Notes: a model not told the origin generated them from the sequence alone. Counted from the stretch's first letter, positions 10,670 to 22,387 are shown. The stretch: 64,000 bases of DNA from an uncultured delta proteobacterium (GCA_963745835.1 CAVUZH010000003.1:1120001-1184000); one strand, 5' to 3'. Program-made: numbers and translations.

Positions 10670-12452
10670 CCTTGTTGTAAAATTTTTCTTAAGTTATCTC
10701 GCCGTCGTTACCCTACTTTTCACCAGCTTCTATCTCTATTCCGGCACTGTTGTTAGGGATTTCTATGTGTCATCGCTCGGTGAAAGGCTCGAGCTCGAAG
10801 CTCGGCTATTAGCAAAGGCACTACCTTCTCTTTCAGACAACCACGAGTTTGACCTCCTGTGCCGAAACTTAGCGAACGAGTTGGTAACCCGCATCACAAT
10901 TGTCGGCGCTGATGGTCGAGTCTTATGCGATTCGGTAGAGGCGTCGGCAACGATGGAAAATCACCGTTGGCGGCCAGAAGTCGTCGAGGCCTTAAAAACT
11001 GGCTCCGGCTTCTCTTTTCGCTACAGCACGACCACAGGCGAAGAGTTATTTTACCGCGCGTTTTTACAAGATGAGGGCGAAAGTCAAAGGATCGTGCGTT
11101 TGGCCATCGCTCTTGACAAAGTTCAGGCGGTTACAAATTCGTTGCGCCGCAGTCTTTTCCTCGGATTCCTTGTCGCCTCAGCGGTCGGCTTGCTGCTCGC
11201 TTTTGCCTTTTCCCGGCGCTTGAGCCAGCGCGTGAAGCGGCTAGTTGAATTTTCCGGTCAAGTGGCCGAAGGAGTTTTTCCCCAGAACTTCTTCGGTAAA
11301 TCAGGACGCGACGAAATTCACCGCTTAGAACGCCACCTAAATGACATGAGTGAAAAGATTCGCCAAAATGTTCAGCAGGTTATCGCCGAAAAAGAAAAGG
11401 CAAATTCGATTTTGCGGGGCATGATGGAAGGCGTTTTAGTGATCGATCCGAAGGGACGAGTCTTGGTCATCAACGAGCAAGCGCAAAGAATGTTCAACCT
11501 ATCTCCCGACCGAGACGTCCGTGGCGCCTCCATATTAGAATTATCGCGCCATCCGGAGATGAAGAAATTAATCGAGCAAGTTTTGGTTTTTGATTTTACG
11601 AGCGAGCGGTATTCCAGACAGGTTGAGTTGCATGAAGGTAGATGGTTTCGCGTTAATGCGGTGAGCCTCAGGAACAATCAGAGTAGCACGTACGGTTCTA
11701 TTTTGGTTTTTCACGATATTACAGAGGTAAAGCAATTGGAAAGAATGCGCTCCGATTTCGTGGCAAACGTATCACATGAGCTGCGCACGCCGCTAACAGC
11801 GATTCGGGGGTATGCGGAAACCCTTCGTCAGACTCCGCCGGACGATCCAGCCGACGCACAACACTTTCTGAGCGTCATAGAAAAACATGCTGAACGGCTC
11901 AGTCGTCTGACGGAAGACTTGCTGACACTCTCGGATCTCGAATCGGGCAAAATCGAAATAGACTTCAATCCGGTCGATATCAAACGTGTGGTGCAAAGCG
12001 TCTCAGAAGTGTTCTCGGACGCAGCCAACAAGAAGCAGGTTACCTTAGAGCAGGTCATCGAACAGGGACTTCCTGCCGTGATGGGCGACGTTGATCGCTT
12101 GCAGCAACTCCTTATCAATCTCGTAGATAATGCCGTCAAGTATACTCCGGTCAACGGAACAGTGGTCGTCAAAGCTCAACGAATCACGATCAACAGCAGC
12201 ATCGACGCAGTTGAACTTTCGGTTATCGATACTGGCACCGGAATCCCCGAACACGCTATTCCGCGGCTCACCGAAAGATTCTACCGCGTCGACAATGCGC
12301 GCTCCCGAGACTTGGGCGGCACCGGACTAGGCCTCGCAATCGTCAAACACATTGCGCAGGCGCATGGAGCACAATTAAAGATCGAAAGTGCTCTGCACAA
12401 GGGCACGATGGTTTCGGTGTTGCTGCCGACAGCCGCGGAAGTATCGACATAA
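10647..12452 (+). CDS. phoR: Phosphate regulon sensor histidine kinase
   Basis: TM, HAMP, PAS; FVANVSHELRTPL; RFYRVD..RSR..GGTGLGL. Confidence 0.92.
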   Translation: MRRLWQNSLVVKFFLSYLAVVTLLFTSFYLYSGTVVRDFYVSSLGERLELEARLLAKALPSLSDNHEFDLLCRNLANELVTRITIVGADGRVLCDSVEASATMENHRWRPEVVEALKTGSGFSFRYSTTTGEELFYRAFLQDEGESQRIVRLAIALDKVQAVTNSLRRSLFLGFLVASAVGLLLAFAFSRRLSQRVKRLVEFSGQVAEGVFPQNFFGKSGRDEIHRLERHLNDMSEKIRQNVQQVIAEKEKANSILRGMMEGVLVIDPKGRVLVINEQAQRMFNLSPDRDVRGASILELSRHPEMKKLIEQVLVFDFTSERYSRQVELHEGRWFRVNAVSLRNNQSSTYGSILVFHDITEVKQLERMRSDFVANVSHELRTPLTAIRGYAETLRQTPPDDPADAQHFLSVIEKHAERLSRLTEDLLTLSDLESGKIEIDFNPVDIKRVVQSVSEVFSDAANKKQVTLEQVIEQGLPAVMGDVDRLQQLLINLVDNAVKYTPVNGTVVVKAQRITINSSIDAVELSVIDTGTGIPEHAIPRLTERFYRVDNARSRDLGGTGLGLAIVKHIAQAHGAQLKIESALHKGTMVSVLLPTAAEVST

Positions 12453-12898
12453 AAATTACTTTTCTCTGCACCCGCCAGACTCATAGTGAAACCAAATGGC
12501 CAACGTTTCGGCCGATCACCGAACGAACGGGCGAATTTCTTCCTAGCATCAGCCCCCAGCCCGATCCTTGCCTTAATATTATCCCACCGAGCACTGACCA
12601 ACAAAGTCATTCAGCTTCAGAGTGAAGGTCGTACACTTTTCGGCTCTGTCGCAACCGTACGATGATCGATTCATGGGTCGATACTTCCTCGCCACGGTCT
12701 TTGATATGAGACAAATGTCGATTGCGCCCTCTTCCATCACCCACTCTCTTCAAGTATTCAGAAGGCTCGCAATGACGATCACGGTTCAGCGGTTATACGT
12801 CTTCAAATGCAGTTAAGGAGGGCCATGTTTGCAGAGCTAACCTTGACAATGACTGAAGGCTACTGCTAGATAGAAAGCTTCACCAGCAATGCATCGGT

Positions 12899-13513
12899 AT
12901 GTTCAATTTCGCTCCGCATAAAGAAAAGTTTTTTGATCTGTTCAGGCAAGCCGCGGAAAATGCTCTGGCTGGCGCGCGAGCGCTCAAAGAAATGCTTGAA
13001 CATTACGATAACCCTGAAGAGTCTTGGAGGAAAATTAAAGACCTGGAGCATGAAGGAGACCGGATTACACACAGGACAATCCGCAGCTTAAATCAAACCT
13101 TCCTCACTCCGATTGACGCCGAAGACATTCACGCGCTAATTACTGCGTTGGATAATGTGATGGACGCAATCGAGGCTGCAGCGTCGCGCATGGTCCTTTT
13201 CCGCATTGACGAGCCCACCGCCGAAGCCAGAGAACTGAGCGACATCATCGTGACATCCACAGAACAACTCGTTAAAGCGGTTTCACACATGCCGCGATTG
13301 GATGATATCGACGAGTATTGCATCGAAATCAACCGGCTTGAAAACACCGCGGATGATATTTATCGCAAAGCCATTGGTCGGCTCTTTGAAAACGGAACGC
13401 CTCCTCTGGACGTCATCAAATGGCTCGACGTTTACGAAATCCTGGAATCTGCTACTGATCGCTGCGAGGACGTAGCGAACACTCTCGAGACCGTCGGTCT
13501 GAAAAACTCCTAA
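12899..13513 (+). CDS. DUF47 (PhoU-like) Pit accessory protein
   Basis: EHEGD, TFLTPIDAEDI, LESATDRCEDVA; upstream of pit. Confidence 0.9.
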   Translation: MFNFAPHKEKFFDLFRQAAENALAGARALKEMLEHYDNPEESWRKIKDLEHEGDRITHRTIRSLNQTFLTPIDAEDIHALITALDNVMDAIEAAASRMVLFRIDEPTAEARELSDIIVTSTEQLVKAVSHMPRLDDIDEYCIEINRLENTADDIYRKAIGRLFENGTPPLDVIKWLDVYEILESATDRCEDVANTLETVGLKNS

Positions 13514-13534
13514 GCTTCTCCATCATTCCTCAAC

Positions 13535-14533
13535 ATGCTCGACGGCAACCTGTTGCTTCTTCTGGTCCTGGGACTCATTCTGGCCGCCGAATTCGTCAAC
13601 GGGTGGACCGACTCACCGAACGCTATCGCCACGGTTGTTTCGACCCGCGTGCTTCCGCCTTATCAGGCGCTGATCATGGCAACGGTGCTCAATGCCATAG
13701 GCGCCATGTCGGGCACCGCGGTCGCGGCAACGATTGGCAAAGATATCGTACGTCCAGAAATCATCAATCTTACTACTGTGGCGGCTGCTATGGTTGGAAT
13801 CATCGTTTGGAGCACGCTGGCGTGGTACTACGGGTTACCGACAAGCGAAAGTCATGCTCTCATCGCCGGCTTGACGGGTGCCGGACTCGCTACCGCTGGT
13901 CCGGAAAGCCTGCTCTGGACGGGCTGGAGCAAGGTCCTAATCGGTCTGGTATTTTCCTCATTTTTGGGTTTTGGTGGCGGCTTGTTGCTGATGGGCGTTT
14001 TATACCGCACGCTGGCTCACAGCCGACCGGGTAAAGTCCGGCGCATCTTTGGACGCCTGCAAATTCTCTCGGCAGCGTTCATGGCGTTTAGTCATGGTTC
14101 CAACGACGGCCAGAAATTCATCGGCGTGTTTACTTTGGCTCTCCTACTTGGCGGAATTTTACCCGAATTCAGGGTACCAATCTGGGTGATCTTACTTTGT
14201 GCTGTAACGATGGGTGTAGGAACCGCCGTCGGCGGATGGCGGATTGTTCGTACGATGGGACTGCGCCTCACCAAGCTTGAACCGGTTCATGGTTTCGCCG
14301 CCGAAACTGCCGCTGCGGTCACAATCGAGGTGGCCACTCGGCTCGGGATCCCGGTCAGTACAACTCAAACCATCAACACTGCCATCATCGGGGTCGGTGC
14401 CACTCGGAGGCTCTCGGCTGTGCGTTGGGGGGTAACGTTCGAAATCGTGACCGCGTGGATACTGACATTTCCGGTTTGTGGTGCGATCGGCTGGTTGGCG
14501 ACGAAACTTTTTATCTTCTTTCAAGCGGTATGA
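13535..14533 (+). CDS. pit: Inorganic phosphate transporter, PiT family
   Basis: NGWTDSPNAIAT, HGSNDGQK, PVSTT motifs. Confidence 0.93.
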   Translation: MLDGNLLLLLVLGLILAAEFVNGWTDSPNAIATVVSTRVLPPYQALIMATVLNAIGAMSGTAVAATIGKDIVRPEIINLTTVAAAMVGIIVWSTLAWYYGLPTSESHALIAGLTGAGLATAGPESLLWTGWSKVLIGLVFSSFLGFGGGLLLMGVLYRTLAHSRPGKVRRIFGRLQILSAAFMAFSHGSNDGQKFIGVFTLALLLGGILPEFRVPIWVILLCAVTMGVGTAVGGWRIVRTMGLRLTKLEPVHGFAAETAAAVTIEVATRLGIPVSTTQTINTAIIGVGATRRLSAVRWGVTFEIVTAWILTFPVCGAIGWLATKLFIFFQAV

Positions 14534-14557
14534 TAGCGCTTGCCGGCCCACAAAAAC

Positions 14558-14851
14558 TTAGCGCGATGTGAACGAGTAACTTCTGACGGTATTATCCTTG
14601 TTGAAGACCACGTACAGATCTTTGGACTCGCGCAGCTGGCCGAGCTCGTAATATTGATAACTGTAGACCCAATTTTCCAGGCCGTTTTCTAGGCCTCTTC
14701 TTATTGGTTCGCCAAAGTCTGCATAAATCTCCCTCTGAGTCGTCACATCGTTTCTGATATTCCTTACCGGCGAAATATCGAAATTGCGACCCTGATAAAA
14801 ACATCCGGATAGTATCAACGCAGCAAAAATGGCTGGAATGATGCGCCCCAT
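14558..14851 (-). CDS. Small lipoprotein (SmpA/BamE-like)
   Basis: Lipobox LSGC; TTQREI..FGEP...WVYSY...LYVVF pattern. Confidence 0.65.
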   Translation of the reverse strand: MGRIIPAIFAALILSGCFYQGRNFDISPVRNIRNDVTTQREIYADFGEPIRRGLENGLENWVYSYQYYELGQLRESKDLYVVFNKDNTVRSYSFTSR

Positions 14852-14858
14852 GTTAGTT

Positions 14859-15479
14859 CTATATCTCTCTCCGGCCTTCAAGAGCTTTGCCCAACGTCAC
14901 CGCATCAGTATATTCAAGGTCGCCGCCCATCGGCAGCCCACGGGCAATTCGGGTTACCGAAACGCCCAATGGTTTGATCACTTTGGATAGATAAAGCGCG
15001 GTCGCTTCCCCATCCATTGTCGGGTTAGTGGCGACAATAATTTCTTGAACCACTTCGCTCTTGATTCTTGCGAGCAATTCTTTGATGCGTAATGCATCCG
15101 GCCCGATACCGTCCAATGGTGAGATGGTTCCATGAAGCACGTGATAAAGCCCGCGAAATTCCTGTGATCTTTCTACCGCGATCAAATCCGACGGCTCTTC
15201 AACGACGCAGATGCTTTGCTGGTCTCGTTCAGGATTTCGGCAAATTATGCAAACACTCGTTTCGCCGCTCTGCGGATCGACCTCGCTGAATCCGAAGCAA
15301 ATTCGGCAGAGTCCCATTTCTTTGCGCAACTTGCCGATACTGTCGGCAAGATTGAAAACATCGTCTTTCTTTCCTTTTAACATGTGAAATGCCAGGCGCG
15401 CCGCCGTTTTTTCCCCAATTCCAGGAAGCTTCGATAACTCTTGAACCAGCCGTGCAAGAGGCGCGGGATAAGCACTCAT
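14859..15479 (-). CDS. recR: Recombination mediator RecR
   Basis: LPGIGEKTA, C4 zinc finger, YHVLHG, TOPRIM. Confidence 0.96.
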   Translation of the reverse strand: MSAYPAPLARLVQELSKLPGIGEKTAARLAFHMLKGKKDDVFNLADSIGKLRKEMGLCRICFGFSEVDPQSGETSVCIICRNPERDQQSICVVEEPSDLIAVERSQEFRGLYHVLHGTISPLDGIGPDALRIKELLARIKSEVVQEIIVATNPTMDGEATALYLSKVIKPLGVSVTRIARGLPMGGDLEYTDAVTLGKALEGRREI

Positions 15480-15802
15480 ATGGACAGTCCCGGGATTTTA
15501 AGTCCCCCGGTAATCTTACTCATTTCCGTTGAAGCCATGTCACGTGCCTTACGCATACCATCATTAATTGCAGCCATAATCAGATCCTCGAGCATCTCCT
15601 TTTCTTCGGAATTGATTACGCTTGGATCGATCTTAATCGCCGTAAGTGCAAGTTGACCATTCACCGTCACCTGAACCATACCACCGCCAGCCGATCCATC
15701 CACGGTTTTTTGTGCCAACTCTTCCTGGATCTTTGCCATACGCGACTGCATTTCCTGCGCTTGTTTGAGCAAATTACCCATTCCGCCAATTCCTTTAGCC
15801 AT
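15476..15802 (-). CDS. ybaB: YbaB/EbfC nucleoid-associated protein
   Basis: GSAGGGMV, EMLEDLIMAAIN; between dnaX and recR. Confidence 0.95.
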   Translation of the reverse strand: MAKGIGGMGNLLKQAQEMQSRMAKIQEELAQKTVDGSAGGGMVQVTVNGQLALTAIKIDPSVINSEEKEMLEDLIMAAINDGMRKARDMASTEMSKITGGLKIPGLSI

Positions 15803-15837
15803 GGATCCTCCTACTTTAAACGTTAAATCGATCTTCC

Positions 15838-17508
15838 TTAGATTTTGTCGGTCCGAACTCCTTTGATCGAGCCGCCGAAAATCCGCAGCGCTTCCTTAAC
15901 CATTTCGCTGCCGCTCTCACCGCTTGCCAGGGACCCCTGCTGCTGAGACTTGGCAGGCGTAGCGTCCAACTGAATCAACTGGATTGTCATCTCGCGCGAA
16001 AAGAAACGTTTTGCAAAGCTTCTCAAGAGAGTCATGTTCTCGAGATCTTGCAGATAGTTAAGATGATGCTTCTCGGCAATCCCTATAGTCAAAGATTCGG
16101 GTGCAATAGCCACAACGCTGCCGGATTCCAAATGGGATGCCAATAGTTTCTTCTCTTTGCCGATAAACGAGACAAACGTCCGCCAGACCTGGTCTTTGTC
16201 CTGTGAAATGGCAGACGCTGAAGACGGCGCCGTGGTCGCTTCGACGGGATCCGGACTAACGTTACTCGAGAGCCGCGGTGCTAGCGTTTTCATTCCCACA
16301 GGAGCCGCTTCTCGCTCGCTGACTAGCCGGGTCTCAAGCTGTGTGAGCCGTTCGATCAGTTGACTAAGCGGAAGAGTTTTAGGCAGCATCGCTAATCGCA
16401 CTAGCAGCGTCTCCAAAATGAAACGAGGATTGGCGGCGCGCGCGATCTCGTCCTCCCCCGCTGCCATAAGCTCGAAATAATCCAACAAAGTATCAATAGA
16501 CACATTGGCCACCTGGGAGCCCAACGCGATGACCTCTTGGTCCGGCAAATCGAGAAGTTCCGCTCGCTCCCGATCCGCAAGGTCCTTTGGTTTTTTTTGT
16601 CCACATAGCTGCGCAACCATTAGATTTCGAAAATGCTCCACCAAATCTTTTGACAACCGGGTTAAGTCGCGTCCCTGCTCAGCGGCCTGCGCCACCAATT
16701 CCAGGCATCGTTTACCATCGCCGGCGATGATTGACGCTGAGATCTCAAAAAGCATGCGCCTTTCGGCCAGCCCTAACATCTCCTGTAGCGCTGTTTCATC
16801 TACTTCAGTTGCTTGCTCTGTCCCGAAGCAGGATAACACTTGCTCCAATAACGACTGAGCGTCTCGCATGCTTCCGTCCGCTTCGCGAGCAACCGCTATC
16901 AAAGCGCCTTGGCTAATCGTGAGACCTTCTCTGGCGGAAATGTCACCTAACCGTTGAACGATTTCTTTCAGCGATATGCGCCGGAAATCAAACCGCTGGC
17001 AGCGAGACAAGATTGTCTCGGGCAACCGATGCGGCTCGGTGGTGGCAAGAATGAATTTCACCGAGGCTGGAGGCTCCTCAAGGGTTTTCAGCAGTGCGTT
17101 AAAAGCGTCTTTAGTAACCTGGTGCACTTCATCGATAATGTAAATCTTGAACGCGCAACGCGCCGGTTGATAGCGAACGTTTTCGATGATCTGACGGACC
17201 TCATCAATTCCGCGATTGGAGGCGCCATCAATCTCGATTACATCGATACAATTTCCCTGGATAATTTCTTTGCACTGAACGCATTCGTTACAAGGGGTTG
17301 GAGTCGGACCCTTAGCGCAATTGAGTGCTTTCGCGAGAATCCTAGCTGCGGTTGTTTTCCCGACTCCGCGAACGCCAGTAAACAGGTAGGCGTGAGCTAT
17401 ACGGCCTGCTCGTATAGAATTCTGTAAGGTGCGAGTGATGTGACTTTGTCCCGAGATATCTTCAAAGTTCTGAGGACGCCACTTACGCGCGAGGACGAGG
17501 TAAGACAT
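15838..17508 (-). CDS. dnaX: DNA polymerase III subunit gamma/tau
   Basis: MSYLVLARKWRP, GVGKTT, EIDGASN, SRCQ. Confidence 0.97.
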   Translation of the reverse strand: MSYLVLARKWRPQNFEDISGQSHITRTLQNSIRAGRIAHAYLFTGVRGVGKTTAARILAKALNCAKGPTPTPCNECVQCKEIIQGNCIDVIEIDGASNRGIDEVRQIIENVRYQPARCAFKIYIIDEVHQVTKDAFNALLKTLEEPPASVKFILATTEPHRLPETILSRCQRFDFRRISLKEIVQRLGDISAREGLTISQGALIAVAREADGSMRDAQSLLEQVLSCFGTEQATEVDETALQEMLGLAERRMLFEISASIIAGDGKRCLELVAQAAEQGRDLTRLSKDLVEHFRNLMVAQLCGQKKPKDLADRERAELLDLPDQEVIALGSQVANVSIDTLLDYFELMAAGEDEIARAANPRFILETLLVRLAMLPKTLPLSQLIERLTQLETRLVSEREAAPVGMKTLAPRLSSNVSPDPVEATTAPSSASAISQDKDQVWRTFVSFIGKEKKLLASHLESGSVVAIAPESLTIGIAEKHHLNYLQDLENMTLLRSFAKRFFSREMTIQLIQLDATPAKSQQQGSLASGESGSEMVKEALRIFGGSIKGVRTDKI

Positions 17509-17605
17509 GTGGTTCCTTCGAGATTTTCAGCGAAAGTTCAGACCAATCAACACAGACGCGATCTATGATTTTACCACGAGTTAGCGAAGAGACTGGGATG
17601 CCCAT

Positions 17606-17714
17606 TGCTGACAGCCAGGCTACCCTGTGGCACAGGGGAATTCCGGTACCGCTGCTTCCTTCCGGATCTGACGGGGTTCGCGGCTCCTTCTTGCACAGGA
17701 CCTAACTATCAGCA
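17606..17714 (-). ncRNA. ffs: Signal recognition particle RNA (4.5S)
   Basis: TCAGATCCGGAAGGAAGCAGC core in a long hairpin; directly upstream of dnaX. Confidence 0.93.
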
Positions 17715-17802
17715 ATCGACATCCAATTTCAGAATAGCGTCGGACCAAACGCTCCTGTATTTACAGCCCGACTTTTGCTTCCATCGCCCGCGTTTTTTCA
17801 GG

Positions 17803-17893
<91 letters not shown>

Positions 17894-18243
17894 CTCTTTT
17901 ATCCATTTATCTAGGTTAGGACGACACAGACGCGCACCAACGAAATTACCACAGCGGTGTTTTGTTTTCCACAAAGCTAACCGTCGAGTTTCAAATGGGC
18001 ACTTCGCGGCTCGGCGATTCCCTAATTCGCCTTTATTAAGGTCGCTAATCGTTCGATTGAGACCGGCTAGACGACGCTCTAATCGACTCTGATCCAACTG
18101 GCGCTTGGTCGGGAGGACATTTGGTGACGATTACACGCGCGCAAGTTCGCGCTCGATGGGGTAGTAAAACTAAGAACCCGACGCGACAGCACTATGAGAT
18201 ACATACAGCGATACTCACAATTGAATCCGTACTCGGGTGCGGT

Positions 18244-18287
18244 TCGTTTCATATCCTTACCCACTCGTTTCATATCCTTACCCACTC
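18244..18287. repeat. 21-bp tandem duplication
   Basis: tcgtttcatatccttacccac x2. Confidence 0.8.
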
Positions 18288-18329
18288 CTAGAGCTGGGAC
18301 CTGGGAGCCCGGGAAAGCGTCGATGGACG

Positions 18330-18515
18330 CTACTTCTTAGGTAGGTTGCAAGGGGACAGTGCTTTTCCTCGGATCAGTAACCACGCCAAGCGATGATGGC
18401 ATTCGAAGCAGTGACCGAATATGGCCCGAAGCCCGGTATTGCGTTCGGGCGCGCGCAGAACAATTCCAAGATAGCCGTTACATCGCGGACAAACGCGGGC
18501 TAGGTACTTTCCCAT
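18330..18515 (-). CDS. Small CxxC/HCxxC zinc-finger protein, copy 1
   Basis: YLARVCPRCNGYLGIV...GHCFEC; close paralogue at 30441-30653. Confidence 0.75.
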   Translation of the reverse strand: MGKYLARVCPRCNGYLGIVLRAPERNTGLRAIFGHCFECHHRLAWLLIRGKALSPCNLPKK

Positions 18516-19679
18516 AGTCTACTGCCCCTTTCAGTCGGTATTCTTTTGGTGCGGTAACTGCTGCCCTCATCATTTCATCAAGCCCGTCATTAAGTGTCAT
18601 AGCCGGAGTCCAACGCGATTCGAGATCTTCAGAGGAGAGAGAGCGGGTATCGCCAGAATTGGAGACTTTCGTTTGCGAGAGGCGCAAAGCGCTGTCGTCG
18701 ATCGGCTGTCTATCACCGGCATCATCATATCCAGCAGGATCAAGCTGGACTTCTCTAAACGAATGTAGCTGTTCAGCTCTACTAGGAGGGCTGCTAGACT
18801 GCCATATCCAGGTTTGTCCTTTGGCTTAAAACTTCATTCATGCGCTGCAATCTCATTGCGATCAAGTACTAAACAGTAGCGCCGGGAACGAAGATCCATG
18901 GTGTAGTAGCAAGTTGCGCTTCTCCGCCCCGGCGACCGGCGGTTGAGCAATCGTTGTGCCCTCACTCTCATCGGACAGTCAATAACTTTGGGAGTTTCGG
19001 AACGAATATGAGAGCGTTTTCTCCGCAGAATCGCCGGCAGCTTTGCCTGTTAAATCAACATTACCTACTCATCGGGTTCGTTTGTCGGTGTTTCACCGGA
19101 CAAACTAAAGCAATTGGGGTGAACAACACTAAAGGGGCAAGCACTCTCGATGCTTCTGATCAAAACGCATTGGAAACAGAATGCGCTGAAAGTTCGAAGA
19201 TCAGCGCAATTACCACCTTGGAGGAATTTGCACGTCCATAACCATCAAGGAGCCGTTTTCACCATGAAGGCGGCATCTCCTAATCCATTATCGCTGGACG
19301 CACTGCCTCTTTCTACCACCGGTTGCGAGCGGCGTTTGTAGGGTTAGCGGTAGAGCGCTTGCGTGACGATTTTTGAGTCCTATTTTTTCTATTTTTTTGA
19401 CCGCTCTAATCTGTCGTGGATTCTTTGTGATTGTCTATTCCCACTCAGAATCGGCCATGGCGTTGCTGCTTCCCCCTTTCTTTTGTCAACTGGGCCAGTT
19501 CAAATCCTCAGATATCTCCAGAACTTTCGCGGCGGTGTTGGCTATCTGTCCGATTGCTAGCTCAGGTCCCACCACACGGGTTCGGTGAGAATTACGATAA
19601 ACGCGACAAGCAAATCAGAACGAACGAAGAGCGGCCGGGCGGTTTGGGCGTAATTACGGGCCATGAAAACTGCTAGAAG

Positions 19680-20039
19680 CTAGATGAGTCGCTCAATTTT
19701 TCTACGTAGTTGTCCCACAGTAAATGGCTTGACGATATAGTCGTTGCATCCGACCGTAATGCATCTCTGAAGGTCGGAAGGCCGAACTAAGACTGTTGCT
19801 GCAAGAACGGGAATATCCTTGGTTTGAGGATTGCCGCGCAGGATCCGAGTCGCCTCCCATCCAGAGATTTCCGGCATCATAATGTCCATCAGGATCAGAT
19901 CGGGTTTCTCAGCCAGAGCCTTCTCGACACCTTCCCTACCATTTCTTGAGGTGATTGCGGCGAAGCCCATGAGATCAAGTATCCTTACGAGAATTTCGCG
20001 CATGTCCGCGTGATTTTCGATGATTAAGATTTTCATCAT
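19680..20039 (-). CDS. Single-domain response regulator (CheY/DivK-like)
   Basis: ILIIEN, DLILMDIMMP, YIVKP. Confidence 0.88.
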   Translation of the reverse strand: MMKILIIENHADMREILVRILDLMGFAAITSRNGREGVEKALAEKPDLILMDIMMPEISGWEATRILRGNPQTKDIPVLAATVLVRPSDLQRCITVGCNDYIVKPFTVGQLRRKIERLI

Positions 20040-20469
20040 CGTATTTAGACAAGATAATGGTCAGGTGCATGTTGCATATGTTCAACGTATACACTGCATA
20101 CTTTGTCCTGCCTTTCGGAGTCAGTTATCAGTAACCTTCCTGAACAGTCCATGATCGTCCCGATCTCCCATACCTCAAGCGAAGGGATCCAGTCACTCCC
20201 CAAATCATAGAACGCGATCTTGCTGCCTCGGATTCGAGTGATTTCTCAGCCTGATGTTTTTTGAACGTTAGCGCAAAGCGAGATCCAGTGAGGCTGCGTT
20301 CGTCAGCATCGTTCCAAAACCTTTGCAATCGTTGATTTAATGTTCATCATTAAATGCCGGCCGCGCGGCAAACCGTCAGTCAGATTGCCTTCAGGCAGTT
20401 CATACCTGCAATTTTGTCGCGTATCCCTACCACGTTTTCGTAGAGTAGCCAAATCAATACATCGTCACT

Positions 20470-20810
20470 GATGTTTTTCCTTATCCGCTTCAGTCCGTTC
20501 TTACCGATAACGGGTCTGAGTTTATGAAGCACTTCGATGAGGAGATCAGACGCTTGCACAAAACTCACTGGCATACCTACCCCAGAACTCCCAAGATGAA
20601 CGCCCACGTCGAACGTTTTAACCGCACCATCAGGAGTTCATTGATTACCATCAGGAGCTGCTGATCACTCCCAATGAGTTCAATCGCCAACTGATCCCGT
20701 GGCTCATCTGCTACAACGCTGAACGACCTCATGGGTTGCTAGAGCTTAAATCTCCGTCCAATTCCTGTTGAAAGAAATCCCTCTTTGTGCAAAACATAGT
20801 GGCCCAATAC
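20470..20810 (+). pseudogene. rve integrase-core transposase remnant (IS481-like)
   Basis: VLTDNGSEF...PRTPKMNAHVERFNRTI / YNAERPH with frameshifts; ends ...AATACA. Confidence 0.75.
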
Positions 20811-21149
20811 ATTACACTTGCCACCCGAGGCACACGGTGCCGAGTAATCCGTTCATGCTCGCACGGACGCCATAAGACGTCATGAGTCACCAGAACGGAA
20901 GCTGTAAAAAGGATCTAAGACCTCAATTTCGATCATCGAAATCGCACGAATTCACGGCGCAACGGAAAGCAGATCAAATCTTTTCGGCAGGCGTTCTGGG
21001 CTGAGGGCGAAAGTTAGCCTTGTTCATCTTGTCGTATGGTTGAACATGAGGCAACCCAGAAAGAGAAATACGGGGGCATTGTTCCCCATGGTAGAAGGCA
21101 GTCAGCCATTCGGAAGTTTGCAAGGCTGGGATTGGACAGTTCCAGGCAC

Positions 21150-21298
21150 GGCAACATCTGGGCACCGCACCAACGCAGTATGTAAGCGTACAACATCATT
21201 GATGAGGAAATGCAGCTTCAGAGCCTGAAGCGTGTCCACGAGCACCAGAAGTAGGAAAAGGAGCAGCGGAATTGGTCCCAATAAGCCGAGGCAGGTGA
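21150..21298 (+). pseudogene. Tyrosine integrase C-terminal remnant (island C)
   Basis: SGHRTNAVCKR/YNIIDEEMQLQSLKRVHEHQK* aligns with SGHKTRAIFDRYDIIDEDDQRRTLERQQEYK in the 40490-40976 integrase. Confidence 0.75.
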
Positions 21299-21423
21299 AC
21301 TCGGACAAAGTTCGGACAAAAAGGAAGAAAATAGGGTAAAGTGAAGGTGATCTATGTCGGACAGGCTGTTAACTCGTGATCGAGAAAAACGTGGTAACTC
21401 TTTGCTGGATCAGAGAAAGTATC

Positions 21424-21482
21424 TGGCGGAGAGGGTGGGATTTGAACCCACGTTACCCTTTCGGGTAAACTTGATTTCGAGT
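21424..21482 (-). repeat. 3' fragment of tRNA-Ser(CGA) (att site)
   Basis: 59-bp identity to 41102-41160; identity stops just past the anticodon loop. Confidence 0.92.
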
Positions 21483-22387
21483 ATTCCCGCTACCCCTCAC
21501 TACAGCCAACATCATACAGTTTCCTACAGTAGAAACGACTCTTCCCTTCTCCGTTGGTTGTAAGTTTCCGTTCTCCACTGCTCATCCTTCTATCACAATT
21601 CTAGCACAGTCATTCCGCTGAATGCGCCGGTCTTTCGCGTTCGCGATTTAGCCATTGATTTGGCTTATCACCTGCTCGTCATCGCAGTCGGCAGGCGAAG
21701 CCAGCAATACGCATCGAGTCCCTTCGTTGGATTCTGAATCGACATCCGCTGCCGGAGGTCATCAGGCAGAGGCTCTACTACATGCGTTATCCGGGAGTCG
21801 CCATGTACTGAACGGCGCCCTCTGATTGCGAAGGCAAATGAAGATTCAACTTGACCACGTAGGTTCGCTGCCGGGTACTCAAAGGTCCAAGACGCTCCCG
21901 AGTACTCGTTCCAGAACTTCAAGCGACTAAGTCAGCAAACAAGGCGCCCGTACCTCATCTTTGGGCAGACACTATCCAATGAGTAAGCGTTATGTTGGAT
22001 CATCGCTTCATTTCATTGCACGAACGCGTGACGCGAACGACGATCAAAAATCGCAAGGCGTGCGAAACGTTGCTTAACCGAAAAAGACAGCTGCGTCGTG
22101 AATATCGACCCTGCGCTCGCAGTTAGTAGCAAGCAGCGCTCGTTAGACTCACCCCAGTTTCAAATTGAAAGCGCAGCCCCGGAGCTCCCTACGTCCGGAA
22201 CTCCGGGATTGCCGAGCGATGTTGGCGAGATTCTTTTGCTTGACAGCCTTTGCCAGTTACTCTGAAAAGATGCTGGGCGGGATCTGATTTGAGTTCACGT
22301 TGAGCAATATCTTCCCAGTCAACCTGAATATCTGAGCCAAGCATATCTCACTTCCATTTTGAACCCGAGGTCTGAGGTCGCCGAAGG

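Larger units (their letters stand above)
17900..21423. mobile_element. Decayed island C (left boundary uncertain)
   Basis: Integrase C-terminal remnant and att-flanking motif beside the tRNA 3' fragment; pseudogene-rich. Confidence 0.55.
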
